NCBI GenBank assembly: GCA_964016885.1
Contig: OZ024741.1
Span: 141,112,001 to 141,176,000, forward strand
Direction: 5' to 3'
Source of the DNA: Eledone cirrhosa
Taxonomy: Eukaryota
DNA length: 64,000 bases
Part shown: one piece after another, positions 29,096 to 42,118 of the stretch
Numbering within the stretch: position 1 is the first letter of the stretch
How the letters are laid out: every line of letters begins with the position of its first letter
Translations under genes and position numbers: made by a program
Notes under the pieces: generated by a model
What the model was told of the DNA's origin: nothing
Databases searched by the model: none
What the model saw: the letters and a program-made list of their open reading frames with translations, nothing else

Positions 29096-31168
29096 AGTTG
29101 TTGCCAGATAAAGTTCAAATCTCGAACAGTGAAGTTTGCTTTTATTTAATTTCTGCAAAGTAGAAAAATATGTACCAAATACATATTGAGCACTTTTTAA
29201 ATTGCTATTCCTATTTCTGTCATATTGATAGTTGTGAGATAAGATTAAATATGACATATTTACCATCCTTTTCAGTTCAATTCCCGCGGGGATAACTTTA
29301 ACTTTATTTCTGCAAAGTACAAAAATATGTGCTGTATATGCATTCAGAATATTTCAAATGACTATATTCATCCTGATCAAATACGTAGCTTTGAGATAAG
29401 ATTAAAAATCGATACACCTGCACCTAAGTAATTTATCAATATCCCGTATAAAATAGAAACCATTATAGGTTTGTCCATTAACATGAAACTGTTTGCTAAT
29501 ATAACTGCACTATGCAATGCTTCGCTGATGGTTAAGTCAGCGGAAGGATGTTTATCAACACTACTAATCATTCAAGCGGTTGCCTTTTCTAACTACCGTG
29601 GTGAATTTAATAAAAATTAATGAATGCTTCTACAAACTAATTATTCGAATAAAAAGCAGCCGGAAGGTCTACAATTTTATGGATTCAAAATCCAAAACTA
29701 CATGCCATGTTCGTACACATGATTTTTTTTCTACCTATTTCTTTTATTATTTCTATGGATTGTTCGAATGCCTAAGGAAACAGTGAATGGAGAGATAACA
29801 ATACACGCAAAGTAACAGCATAGTCTTGTCGTGTTAAAGCCAAAACTATTACACATGGATTAAATAATGCACCACATATGCCGATCAATGGAATCTACTG
29901 TTGGTATATGTATACGAGCTAGCTATATATTTGAGCATTGTCCAAAATCTATTGACCGTGATATTGGACGCTATTGAGAAGCTGAAATGTAAATACTTGA
30001 TTACTTGTGTGTGAATGTGTATGTTTGTGTATGTTGGACCTTCGTCGTCTTCAACGAATACTATTTAATTCTTTGTTCAACAGAACAGACCGTTTGTGAA
30101 GTTAATGTGTATGTGGGTAGATATTCCACAGGCCATATCACCTTCACCTACTTTTCTGGGAGATTATCTAACGCAGTCTGTGACAAAACTGGCCCTTTGA
30201 ATTTCAGGTGCAACACTTTATAGCTGAGTGGACTGGAACAACGTCTAATAATGTATGTTGTTCAAGGACAAATTGCAATCACCGGGAATCAAACTCGCGA
30301 AATTAAGGTTGTGAGCAATTACTCTAACCAGCTAACCAGTGAAACGAGTCAGATGCCTTTACTTAAGAATATATCCTTGTATCTATGATAGCGTTGGCTC
30401 GGTTTAGCAGTGGAACGAAAGCAACTGATAAAAAGTCGTCAGTTTTCATTGTAGTATGAAGGTTTTACACCTGTCTTACTCTCTGAACTTAAAAATCAGA
30501 ATTTAACAACACTGGCATTTCACAGACGCAGCAAAAAAAAAATAACACCCCAACCATTGATGGATACTTTTAGTCACAGATAAAGTTGATAAAATAAACT
30601 CTAGGTATTGTGATATTGCGTGGATAAAAATATATAATTTATTTTCTGTATTATATCATATTACAAAAGTTTCTTTATAAGTTTTAGTAACATTATTTAT
30701 ATTTGATTATCAGCTTAAAAGTAACTTTCACTATGTTGTTTTCAAAGATGTTGGCATTCTGCTTTTAATGTCATTTGAGGTAATTCCATTTATTGCATTA
30801 TGTATGAATGTGTATGTTACTGTGAGGTATGAGTATCAGTAATGTGTTATTCGAGAATTATTCTGAATTCATGTACTAGCAAGTTACCAAATGCAAAATG
30901 TCACCGCATTAATAATAACCCGTATAATAGCGAGTCATGTTTAATATCGATACGATGGATAGTTGATTGACCCGATATCAGATGTCACATTTGACATATA
31001 GCAAGAGTAGAAGAGAGACAGAGAGAGAATTAACAAGGGTTGAAAAAAAGTATACATACTGAATGAGACGCAAGTAAAGGGTGAGAGAGTTCGAGAAGTA
31101 AAGTACGTTTCACCGGTGTACAAGCACACATACACATACATACATACACACATACATACATACATACA

Positions 31169-34100
31169 GCCAGTCAGTCAGTCAGTCAGTCAACGCGATC
31201 ATTCGCATATTTTGGTGTGGGAGACTATTCATTAAATTTAAGATGAATACTATCTCCGACAGTAATGCCACAATTACCAGTCATGTTGAATAACTGGTTA
31301 TTCTTCTAACAATATCAATTGAAGACACCTTTTATTCGAATTCGTAGAGATATCCGACTAAATACAAAATTCATTTTACAAGGATTTGCTACAAACAGCA
31401 TGGTTGAACACAACATCAACAACAACAACATTAAGGAAGTACCGAAGAAAAACAATGAGAAAGGTAAACAACATGTATTCAGTTGTAGCTACAGAAGAAA
31501 CCGAAATTATAAATCTCATTTCTCTTGGAGTTGCGAAATTAATGATGATTTATTTAATTGTTATAAAATGGCAAAAAAACAATCCCTCCATTGGCTATAT
31601 GAACAGAATGAAGCTATACTGGGACGAAATACACCCAGAGCTAGATCATTTCACAGCGAAACAATTACGCCAACAAGCAACGTTTGTTGAACGTAAAAAT
31701 AAGATAAATATTATTAATCCCCCACAACAAACATGGGATCAACAACACGTGCTACAGGTCACCATGCTACTAGACTTCCTAGCAGCCAGGCCGAACAGTG
31801 CCTTGAAACAGCTATGCTTGTAAGAAACTTAATACCACGTGTACCATCTAAGTCTACCTCGAATGCTGGGGAAAACACCATCGATAATAATAATAATCAA
31901 AGAAATAATAATAATAATCGAAGAAATTTGACAGCACGTGTACCATCCGAATCTACCTCGACTATTGAGGAAAATACTATCGATAATGATAATAATCAAG
32001 AGTATAAACAATTGAAAATTTCCCTCAACGAAATCTTCCAGAGAGAAATTAATGTATAAATATCTCTCTTGCTGAACCTATTAACACAACAATATTTAAT
32101 AAAAGAAAGTGGCGGATTGGCAGTATAGGTAGACGGTCGGACGCCATGCTTTTCAGCATAGTTACGTCCCTTTACGATCTGAGTTCAAATCCCGCCGAGG
32201 TTGATTTGCCTTTCATCCTTACGAGGTTGATAAAATAAGGTGCCAGTAATTTACTGGGTAATTGCTGACCTTGTGCCTAAAGTAGAAACAAATATTTAAT
32301 AAAAGAAAACAAAACAAATAATGAAATATTATGTGTTATTGACGAAATAGGGGATGAGTATCTACGACGGATAAAAACCCCAACATTTTGGCAACGCCTG
32401 TTTATATGCCTTAGCAACGACAGTGAACCATTATCTTGGTGATAGCAGAGATATTAACAAGAACAAAACACCACCAAAAATACCATCATATATAACTAAA
32501 ATAGAAAAAAAGATTGCTGACCTACGAAAAACCATAGGATATGTGACAATGCTCCTTAGATGCAAACAAACACAAAAAACCTCACTTCTCACCAAAAAAG
32601 AGTGAAAAATAAAATAGAGACGGTGTTTGGTAACAGTAAAACCAAAACTCTTCAATATAAGCTGATCACCCTCAAACAAGAATTGAGAGCTGTTAGCGAA
32701 AAACGCCGATACCTGAAGAAGGTAGATGAAAGAAAAGTGCTTAATAAAAGATTCAGATGAAACCAAACATCAGTCTATAGAGATATGAAGAGCAAAATGT
32801 CACTGAGGCCCCATCCCAGAAAGACATAGATTCCTTTTAGAGAAAAATATGGGGTGAAAAGAAGAATTTCAACCAAGTTGCAATGTGGCTAAAAGAAATC
32901 CGAAAGAACTATTGCTCCTACACTACAAAAAAACATACGAAATAAGTGAGGGTACACTTGCGACTGTGATAGGAAAACTCCAAGATAAAAAAAACACCAG
33001 GAAGAGACATGATTGTCAGCTATTGGTACACAAAAATGATATTCTATCGGCGGTATATTACTGACCTCTACCAACAATCTCTTAAGGGAGATAGATACAC
33101 TTATACTAGAATGGTTGACATTAGCACAAACATTACTGGTCCCCAAGAACAAAGACACCCACTTGGCAAAAAAAAAACCGACCTATTGCATGCCAGAACT
33201 TGATGTATAAGATGTATACAGCCTGCCTGAAACTATTCCTCCAAGATCACTGTGACAATAATAACATCATCACAGATGAACAAGCAGCTGGCAAGAAAGG
33301 GCTTTGTGGATGTGCTGAACAACTCCTAATCAACAAAACTGCGATGTCGGAGGTGCGACAACTGAGGAGGCATATGGCTACAGTCTGGCTGGACTACAGG
33401 AAAGCTTTCGATTCTGTTCCCCACTCTCGGATAATAGAGGCCCTCCAACTTGCTAAAGTCCCAGACATTATTGTCAGAGACATAGAGAGGCTGTCTTCTT
33501 CTTGGGCTACTATCCTAAGAGAGGTGGGACTCTATTTTCACTGATAAAATAAAATATTTGAGGGGTATATTTCAGGGGGACTGTCTCTATGTGATATTAT
33601 TCATCTTGTAATTAAACCTCTTGTCCTTTCTGCTCAAGAAATGTGCGGGATACATCATTCGCTCACAGGAGGACAGAAATACGAACCTAATCCATAATTT
33701 CTTTGTGGACGATCTGAAACTCTATGCTAAGAACATGGATGGGATGAAGAAAAATCTTGACCTGGTTACAACGTTCTCAAAGGATATAGGAATGTAGTTT
33801 TATCAAGATAAATGCTCATACATGACTGTAAAGCGGGTAAAAACAACAACTCAATCTAGCAACATTGTGATCAATGGCCTAACTGTTTCACCGATATCTG
33901 ATGAGGACTGCTACAGATACCTGGGGATAGATGAGAACATATCCTATAATGGTATCTGTAATAATGAACGCATAACCAGGGAATACACCCGATTAAGAAA
34001 GATCTGGTCATCGGAACTCTCTGCGCAAAACAAAACAGTGGCTCAATGTGTTTGCTGTGTCTGTCCTAACACCAACGGTTGGAATACTCAATTAGACGAT

Positions 34101-35493
34101 ATACGAAATCCGAGCCGTTGATGTTGGAACTCGAAAAATACTAAACAACACCGGAAACTTCCACATCAACAGTGACATAGATCGCCTTTACTTAAAACGT
34201 AAGCAGGGAGGCAGAGGCCTAACATCAGTCCAGACAACATTTGAATGTCGCATCATATCTCTCCGACATCTACCAACCTCGAAGCGTAGGAGCCCGTTTC
34301 TCAAGCAAGTCTATCTGCATGAAACAGATAAGATCATGAGAGTTGGGAAGGAAATCCTCGAGTGATATTCCCTGTGTGATAATCAAAATCTCACACCCGG
34401 TGAAGTCGCTCAGCAGTAACGCGGTGAATCCATGGATGAAAAACTGCATACTTATCATCAAAAAATCATGCATGGATATGTTGCCAGGAAGCTCTAGAGT
34501 GAGAGTAATATAGATAACGAAAGTAGTCTATCTTGGACCAACAACCGCTATATTGGCTCCCACTTTGAAGGATACGCTTTTGCAATCCAAGAACAGGAGA
34601 TTAACACGAAATACCTGATTCACAAAAGAGATAGGAATGCAGGCAAAACACCTAGATGTGATAACAAGTGCAGACTCTGCAGAACTAACATCGAGGATAT
34701 CACCCATGTCATCAGCAGCTGTTCAAAGATGTCATCGCGGTACTATCTACGTATGAGACATGATGTAGTGGCCAAAACATTGTACAATACAGTTCGTAAA
34801 AAAGATAGCCCCGATAATGAACACATTAAAAGCTTCAGCAATGTGGAAGACATCCATGTACATAATATGAAAGAGTACTGGTGGAATGTTCCAGTAAAAA
34901 CCCCAATAAAATGCAGGCATAACAGACCAGATATTATGATATGGGACAGGGAGAAGAAAACATGCACAGTAGTTGAAATTAGCTGCCCAGCAGATGCCAA
35001 TATAATATCAAAGATTAGTGAAAAGGAGAATATTTATGCAGAACTGATGAGAAATCTGCAGATACTCCACCCTGATTACACCTTCAGATTTATGCCTGTG
35101 ATTTTGGGGGCACTGGGGTATGTTAGTAACTGCCTCAATACAAATCTTGAGAAGCTAGGCTTCACAGTAACAGAGGTAACACAACTAGTTAGGAAATTAC
35201 AAGTACAATCCATTAATGGAACAGTAAAAAATATGTAAAACATTCCAAAAATGTTGCATCTAATAACTGCATATACACATGTACAGATGCAAAGCATATA
35301 CACATGTACACATGCAACTCAAAACATACACATCCACAGATACAATAACATCCATATCTACACATGCATGCATACATACATATCTACCTAGTTGATGTTG
35401 TGTAAATTCCAATGAGAGAGTCTTGTGTCTATGTTAGAAACCGACTCTCTCTCTCTATTGGTAAAACTTTGTGAAATTATAAAACCAGAAGAA
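31169..35493 (+). mobile_element. Near full-length non-LTR retrotransposon with restriction-like endonuclease (R4/Dong-like), pseudogenised
   Basis: N-terminal GYMNRMKLYWDEIHP..FTAKQLRQQA; RT motifs RPIACQNLMYK, EQAAGKKG, WLDYRKAFDSVPH, GIFQGD, FVDDLKLY; WSSELSAQNK; CCHC knuckle CRLC..EDITHVISSC; RLE RHDVVAK..HNRPDIMIWD..VVEISCP..KISEKENIY. Many frameshifts and stops. Confidence 0.9.
32109..32290 (+). mobile_element. SINE family A inserted into the RLE element
   Basis: 18-bp TSD AATATTTAATAAAAGAAA at 32091-32108 and 32291-32308. Confidence 0.9.
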
Positions 35494-35600
35494 CATACAT
35501 GCATACACACATACATACATGCATACATACATACATACATACATACATACATACATACATACATACATACATACATACATACATACATACATACATACAT
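35494..35600. repeat. (CATA)n microsatellite between the two RLE elements
   Basis: Directly visible; similar tracts at 31129-31168 and 37999-38047. Confidence 0.95.
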
Positions 35601-37998
35601 AATTTGATCCTTAGAGGTGAGAAGGAGCAAGTTAAGACTGATAAGATACATTACCAGAAGGGCATCTTTCAGGGTGAGAGCTTGTCAGTGCTACTTCTCG
35701 TTCTCTCACTAAATCCACTATCTTACCTATTCAGGAAACAAGGTGAACAAAGAAGTGGGTCCAGAAGTATCTTGTTGATGACCTGAAGTTGTATGGGCCA
35801 AATATCAATGACATCAAGAAACAATTGGACCTCATTGCACAATTTTCAACAGACATCAAAATGAAATTTGGTGAGTCCAAGTGTGCATATTTGGCAGTAA
35901 AACGTGGAAGGGCTGTGCCCTCCTCTAGAAATTTAGAGATGAACGGCATGACAATACAACCTCTACAGTGAGGTGACAACTACAGATATATTGAACAGGG
36001 TGAGAATGTGAGATATGATGGACCCATAAATAAGGAGAGAAACAGAACTGAATACCTCAGAAGAGTAAAGAAAATATGGTCATCAGAATTGTCAGCGTAC
36101 AACAAATACATTGCCCACAATACTTATGCTGTGCCAATTCTAACGCCAACATTTGGCCTGCTGAACTGGTCATTGCAAGAACTAAGTGAGGTGGATGTTA
36201 GAACTCGCAAACTTCTCAGTGTTACTGGGAACTTTAACATCAATGGTGATGTGGATAGTCTATACTTCTCACGCAAGGAAAGTGGCCGGGGTCTAAAATC
36301 CATATTAACATCATATGAGACTCGGATAGTAACACTGAAGCAACATCTTCAACAGAGGAAAAAGGTTGGCAACCATCTGGCCCAGGTTTATGAGCATGAA
36401 AAAAAAAATATCATTAGAATAGCGACTGATCTGGAGGAGAGATATGGAATAAAGCCTGATATAAATCTCTCACCCAGAGAAATCGGAAGATCCTATTCAA
36501 TGTTCAAACAAGATGAAAAAATCGACCAATTTACAGAAAAAGATGTGCATGGATACTTGAGACGTAAAACACAGACCATAGAGGGGATAAACCACTCAAA
36601 AAGCCTGGCATGGAGTTCCGACAAGTTTATGACATCACACCTTGAGTGATATCTCTATGCAATACAGGAACAAGAACTCCCTACCAAATATCTGCTGCAC
36701 AAAAGGGGAGGGCCATCAGCTGACAATAAATGTAGGCTATGTAAAACAAAGATCGAGGATGTAAGCCACATTGTTGCCAGCTGCGAAACAATGTCATCTC
36801 GCTACTACCTCCCCATGAGACACGATGGGATAGCTAGAACCATCTGGAACGCACTTCGGAAAATAAATTAACAACAAACGAGGAAGAATATATTGAGACA
36901 GATGGCACTAAGGAATACTGGTGGAACCTGAAAATAAAAACTGCCACCAAATTAAAGCACAACCGGCCTGATATTGTTGTTTGGGAGCACACATTGAAAA
37001 TGGGTTCTGTTGTGGAGATCAGCTGCCCACTTGATGTAAACGTTGTCAGAAAAATACAGGAGAAGGAGGATATATACAGACCATTGATGAGGAGTTTACA
37101 AATCCAGTATCCAAGATACACCTTTAGCTTCATACCCATCATTATTGGAGCTACGGGTTATATACCAACCCGCTTGGACCAAAGTATGACTGAAATTGGA
37201 TTTGCGGACAAAGAGCGCAGCGCCCTAATTCATAGTCTACAAATGGCTGCGATAGATGGCACCTTCAAAATTTGCAAAACATTCTTGCGATTCAAGGGAT
37301 GACAATTTCTTTTCTTTTACAACCTTGCCACGAGGAAAGTGGACGGTCAAAAAAATATACTCGAAATTAAGAGAAAGAGATAACATACATATATACATGG
37401 TGGCTGCCAACTCGTTTTCGAGTACGGCCACTACTTTATATCCATGTAGGAGAACCCCTACAGATGCACTGAACGAGTGTGACCTTTTAGTCCAGCCAGC
37501 GACTTGAAAACTGGTACCAGCACTACACTTGTGACAATTATTGACACATAGTGCCGGGCCCATGGTACCATGTGACGACAAGTGCAGAGAGATCTCCAGA
37601 TATAAAGCAATGCCTGTGCCGTGAAGCTTTTATAGTGAGCAAAGGCACTGCACAAAGCCAGTCCCACTCTCTTAACCAAGATGATATTTACCAAAAAGAA
37701 GAACAAGTCAACATCATTGGATACCATCAGGGTTGCAGGTGTTATATCAGAGTTTTCCTTCTCCTAGAATTCTGCCTTGACAAAGGCTAAGGGGTCATCT
37801 CTCCCGGTGATTTTGGATGGCCATTGACTTAAGCCCCTTTGCTCTTTGACAGGTTTTGTTTTTAGTCCTGCAGGATGTCCAAAGTCACCCTCCTCACCAA
37901 GAAACCCTGGTGGGGCTGCCAGTTTAGTCGTCAACGACCCGACCATAAGACAGATTGTACTGGGATACATGTTACCAGTAGCACCAACTGGTGACCTG
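35601..37998 (+). mobile_element. Second, divergent R4/Dong-like RLE retrotransposon, 5'-truncated within RT, with about 700-bp 3' UTR
   Basis: GIFQGESLSVLL..LNPLSYL, VDDLKLY, IWSSELSAYNK..HNTYAVPIL, GRGL, IQEQEL, CRLC..EDVSHIVASC, RHD, HNRPDIVVW, VVEISCP..KIQEKEDIY; terminal stop at 37302. Confidence 0.9.
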
Positions 37999-38140
37999 AC
38001 ATACATACATACATACATACATACATGCATACATACATACATACATATGTGTGTGTGTGTTTGTTTCGTTATCTTTATTATATTTAGTATACATTTATTT
38101 ACGTACTCTCAGCTACGTTGTCGAATGTATTCTTTCAAAA

Positions 38141-38168
38141 TTACCCGTCCCATGACGGGTAACACTAG
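38141..38168 (+). mobile_element. Helitron-type 3' terminus
   Basis: Hairpin TTACCCGTC ccat GACGGGTAA followed by CA-CTAG|T. A degenerate homolog lies at about 60540-60570. Confidence 0.55.
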
Positions 38169-38943
38169 TATTCAAAATAATTCTCATTCTCTCTCTCAGT
38201 AATGTTGATAATCAATTAAGTGATATGTGGGTTACAAGATGCGTTATTTAATTTTTAAGATCCTTTGTTGTAGAATACGAAGTAAGGAAAAAATGAATTT
38301 GACTTTTTTCCTTGGCATTAGTTCAGTTTGAACGATAACCTTTTAATGACTTTCTGTCTTCGTATCAGTTTTAGAATACTTTCTCTTTATATATGTATTT
38401 TCCCTAGCCACATGGCGTTAAGAGTGTATAAAACTGATTGATTGAAGCTGGCGTGTGTATATTTATAATACACTATCATCAAGACCTTCGGGAATAGATC
38501 TGTCACTTATCAAACTGATCAGTCAATTAATTCCATAACCATAGAGCATGGCCTCTCTCAACAAAAAGACTGGTGTCGCGAGAGGTTTTGCTGCATTCTT
38601 GTTTATCATTAATGACTTGGAAAAAAGGCGCAGTTTCTGTGTGAAAAGCATTCAGATATATCAATCTGTATTGCGAACAAATATAGCGTTAAATCTTTGT
38701 TTCCCCCGATCGTTTCCTGTGGTTACTGACCTGTTATTATGTATCCCAGCTTGACTAAAACCTGAATAGAAAACAATTCTGGTTCACGTAACGAAGGTTG
38801 GTGTAATGATTTTTTAATAAGATCTTCCAATTTACGGTGGCTACACCATATTTGTCAACAAACACATTTGTGTGAACTTTCACTTCACATTTTCTCATTC
38901 TAGTTGATTTTTCTGTCATGTTTTGTATTGTTTACACGTGTTT

Positions 38944-39815
38944 GGCAGAAAAGTTCATAGGTGGACAAACATACTCTCATGAAATACGAGCAAATGAGAT
39001 TTATTTTTAAAATAGTCTCCATTGCGGTTCACCCACTTCTTCTGTCGGTGTTGTACTGCTTGGTGGAGAAGCTTTCATTCTGTTGGTCAAAAAGGTCATC
39101 AATAGCAGATATGTCGTCATCTTCACTGCGTTACTGGTTCCTAGACAACTGCGTTTTCCTGTTGGAGACAGATGATAGTTAGATGGGGTCAAATCAGGAG
39201 AATAGGGAGGGTGATCAACCAGTTCAAAGCTACAGTTAGGTACAGCTGCCATTGAAACCAAGAACTTGAGTATTGTCCTGATGAAACAAGACCACTTTCC
39301 TCAGTGTTCATGGATGTCTGGTCTTCATAACCTTCATTAACTGCCGCAGAAATTTGGCATTGATGATGTGGCTCTTTTGAAGAAATTCAATAAACACAAT
39401 GCCGTTTGCATCCCAAACGACTGAGGCCATCACCTTTCCTGCAATTGAAATGACTCTGGCCTCCTTTGGAGCAGGTCGGAAGAGATGTTTGCATTGCATG
39501 GATTGTCTCTTTGTCTCTGGCTTAGGGTGATGAACCTAACACCCAGTCATAAAACAACTGGATCTACCTGAAACAATCTGCGGAAGTGAGCAACCATGTC
39601 AGCTTTATGGGCTAAACCATTTTTCTGCCGGTGTTTGATAACACCATGCTTCTAAATTATGTCCATTTTGCAGAGAAATCACTATTAGTTAGTTTTTGAA
39701 GTCTTCTTTGAACAGTGAGATGTGAGTTTACTTAGAGAGAAACAATGCAGTTATTTAGAGTTGAAATTAATACATGCAAGATATCACAGCTCTCAGATCA
39801 TTCCTTGATAGTCAG
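38944..39815 (-). mobile_element. Mariner (DD34D-type) transposase remnant
   Basis: Minus strand: AGKVMASVVWDANGIVFIEFL, VLFHQDN, HPPYSPDLTPSNYHL. Frameshifted and internally deleted. Confidence 0.85.
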
Positions 39816-41509
39816 TGTCTTCCAAAACGGTGATTTGCATATATTTCAAGTTATTTATGAGCATGACAAATGTCGAGGATTGAGGGATAGGATCCTCATT
39901 AAGGCTCACAGTCTAGTTAGTTTTAGTCATACTCTACATAATTTAAACCATTCATTTAATTTGTTTTTAATGTCTTACGTCGACACCGGGATTATTGTGT
40001 TCATTAGCAAAATAGTGTTTTGACGTAACGTTTTCGCCATGTGTTGTAAACTGCAGATATATTATCAGCAGTTGAAAGATTAATGGAAAGACGGTTTCCT
40101 TGCTCCGTTCTGACAATGAGATCCTTTCATATATGTATATGTGTGGGGAATTCAGATCGATTTGATGCCAGAGGCACAGAAGCCAGTGCAAATTTTCGAT
40201 CGTGCCTACTATATAACAGGTCAAGGGCATGAAACCTCATGCGTAGGTAATTGCTTCAGAATATATCACAGTGATTCGTCCATAGAAAAGTGGCCCCATG
40301 TATAATAAAGAGACGGATAACAATGAAATACATTTAAGAAACCCAACAGTTTAACTATGAAAGATTTGTGATACACACATGTCCTTCACCTGGACCAAAG
40401 TTTTCTAGTTTTGAGCTCCAAAATAATTGCCAACGCCGAGTATTGAAAATTGATTATTAGCAATCTAGGAATACAAGGTACTTCTCACCAGGTAGTCCTA
40501 CTGATAGTCAGATGTTCTGTCTTATACAGAGGCGAGCAGTGCGACTGCTTTCGATACTTGTCCGGCAAGAAAAGTGGATCCACTAGCCGTTGAGACGGCG
40601 TGAGCTCAGCCGACGTAATTTTAACTATACATACTTTTTACCAAGTATCGAATACTTTGCTGAATAAGGTCCTACTAGTCTAACTGGTAACTCTCAATTT
40701 AGAGAGAGAGAGTTGTAGAAAAACATTGAGACATATATGCTGCTACTCATTAATTTATATTAATTATTAATGATTCTGTGGCGTTTTAATTCATTTCACC
40801 AATGATTGGACGACTATTGGTAAACTAGCCATCCCTCAAACATCTAAAACCTTTTCAAATGTTTACCCAAATGAACTTATATAGGCAAGTATGAGTAAGT
40901 GTACATGTGTGTGTACATAATTAAGTATAGTTGTGTGTGTGTGTCTGTGTATGCATCCCTATATATGCTTATTTAAAACTAGTTCCCTGGCTTTGAAATT
41001 ATTAATCTGGAACTTCTCCGAAGAAATCAATCAATCAATATGTCGCACTTCTTGCACGGATTCCTGTGACTCTCTGCCACGATCCAATTCTAGTGTTCAT
41101 CGTCATGAAGAGATGCAGGGAATTTAATACCCGGCAGCATTAAATATTAGATTATGTAATATCAGATTATGTAATAATTTAGATTTCATGGGCTATTGCG
41201 TGTTGTATCGAAACACGTGACAGAATTAACAGTAATTAACGCTTTAATTAGCAACAGCACAAATGCCTCAGTGCTCTTACTATAACTATGTCTTTTTATA
41301 AATTCGTGGAATACTTGATTAATTAATCATTCTCGGTGATACACCAGAAAATCAACCGGTCATTTATGATAACCTACTCTAACTACTCTGTCGAGTGCAA
41401 CTGAGCTGCTAAGTCACCTTATGGGTTTTTTCATACACATCTACCCAACAGTACAAATGCTGGAAATTGCCTACAAATACTTGATACTTAAAACGTAAAT
41501 CTAATGTGT

Positions 41510-41578
<69 letters not shown>

Positions 41579-41620
41579 AAAGAACACAAGAGCGTCTACA
41601 ACATCAAAAGATTTTTATTG

Positions 41621-41665
41621 GCTTACAATGTTTCTTCCTCACGTAACCGTAGAATTCGTCAGAGC
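41621..41665 (-). ncRNA. Minimal type I hammerhead-like ribozyme
   Basis: Minus strand: GCT-CTGACGA-aTTCTACG gtta CGTGAGGAA-GAAA-CATTG-TA-AGC, then AATAAA; flanked by (TA)n. Confidence 0.55.
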
Positions 41666-41871
41666 TATAAAAGGGGTTTGATTGGTGTTATGGACTCTAC
41701 CAACCAAATATATATATATAGGCGTTAAGAAGGGTATCCATTTGTAGAAAATAAGCCAAAATCACTTCCGCGTATGCGAATGAAGTTCCTCTGACCTGAT
41801 CTCTCACTAAGGGACTACCCATGCGAGGGTGAAGAATGGACGTTAAATGATGATGATGATATATATATATA

Positions 41872-41906
<35 letters not shown>

Positions 41907-42009
41907 TGTGTGGGTGTGTAATAGGAATTACCGGCTTCTGAAAATGGTGCTTTGAAGAGACAGGTATTAAATTGAACAGTTACAATTATTAAGAAATATT
42001 ATATAGATA

Positions 42010-42118
42010 TTTGTTTCTACTTTAGGCACAAGGCCAGCAATTATCCAGGTCATTACTGGTACTTTATTTTATCGACCCCGTAAGGATGAAAGGCAAAGTC
42101 AAGCTCGGCGGGATTTGA
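42010..42118 (-). mobile_element. SINE family A, 5'-truncated
   Basis: Reverse complement of the SINE A 3' half. Confidence 0.8.

Noticed and set aside
29377-29571. 64-aa hydrophobic minus-strand ORF as a host exon
   Set aside because: No recognisable domain or convincing splice sites.
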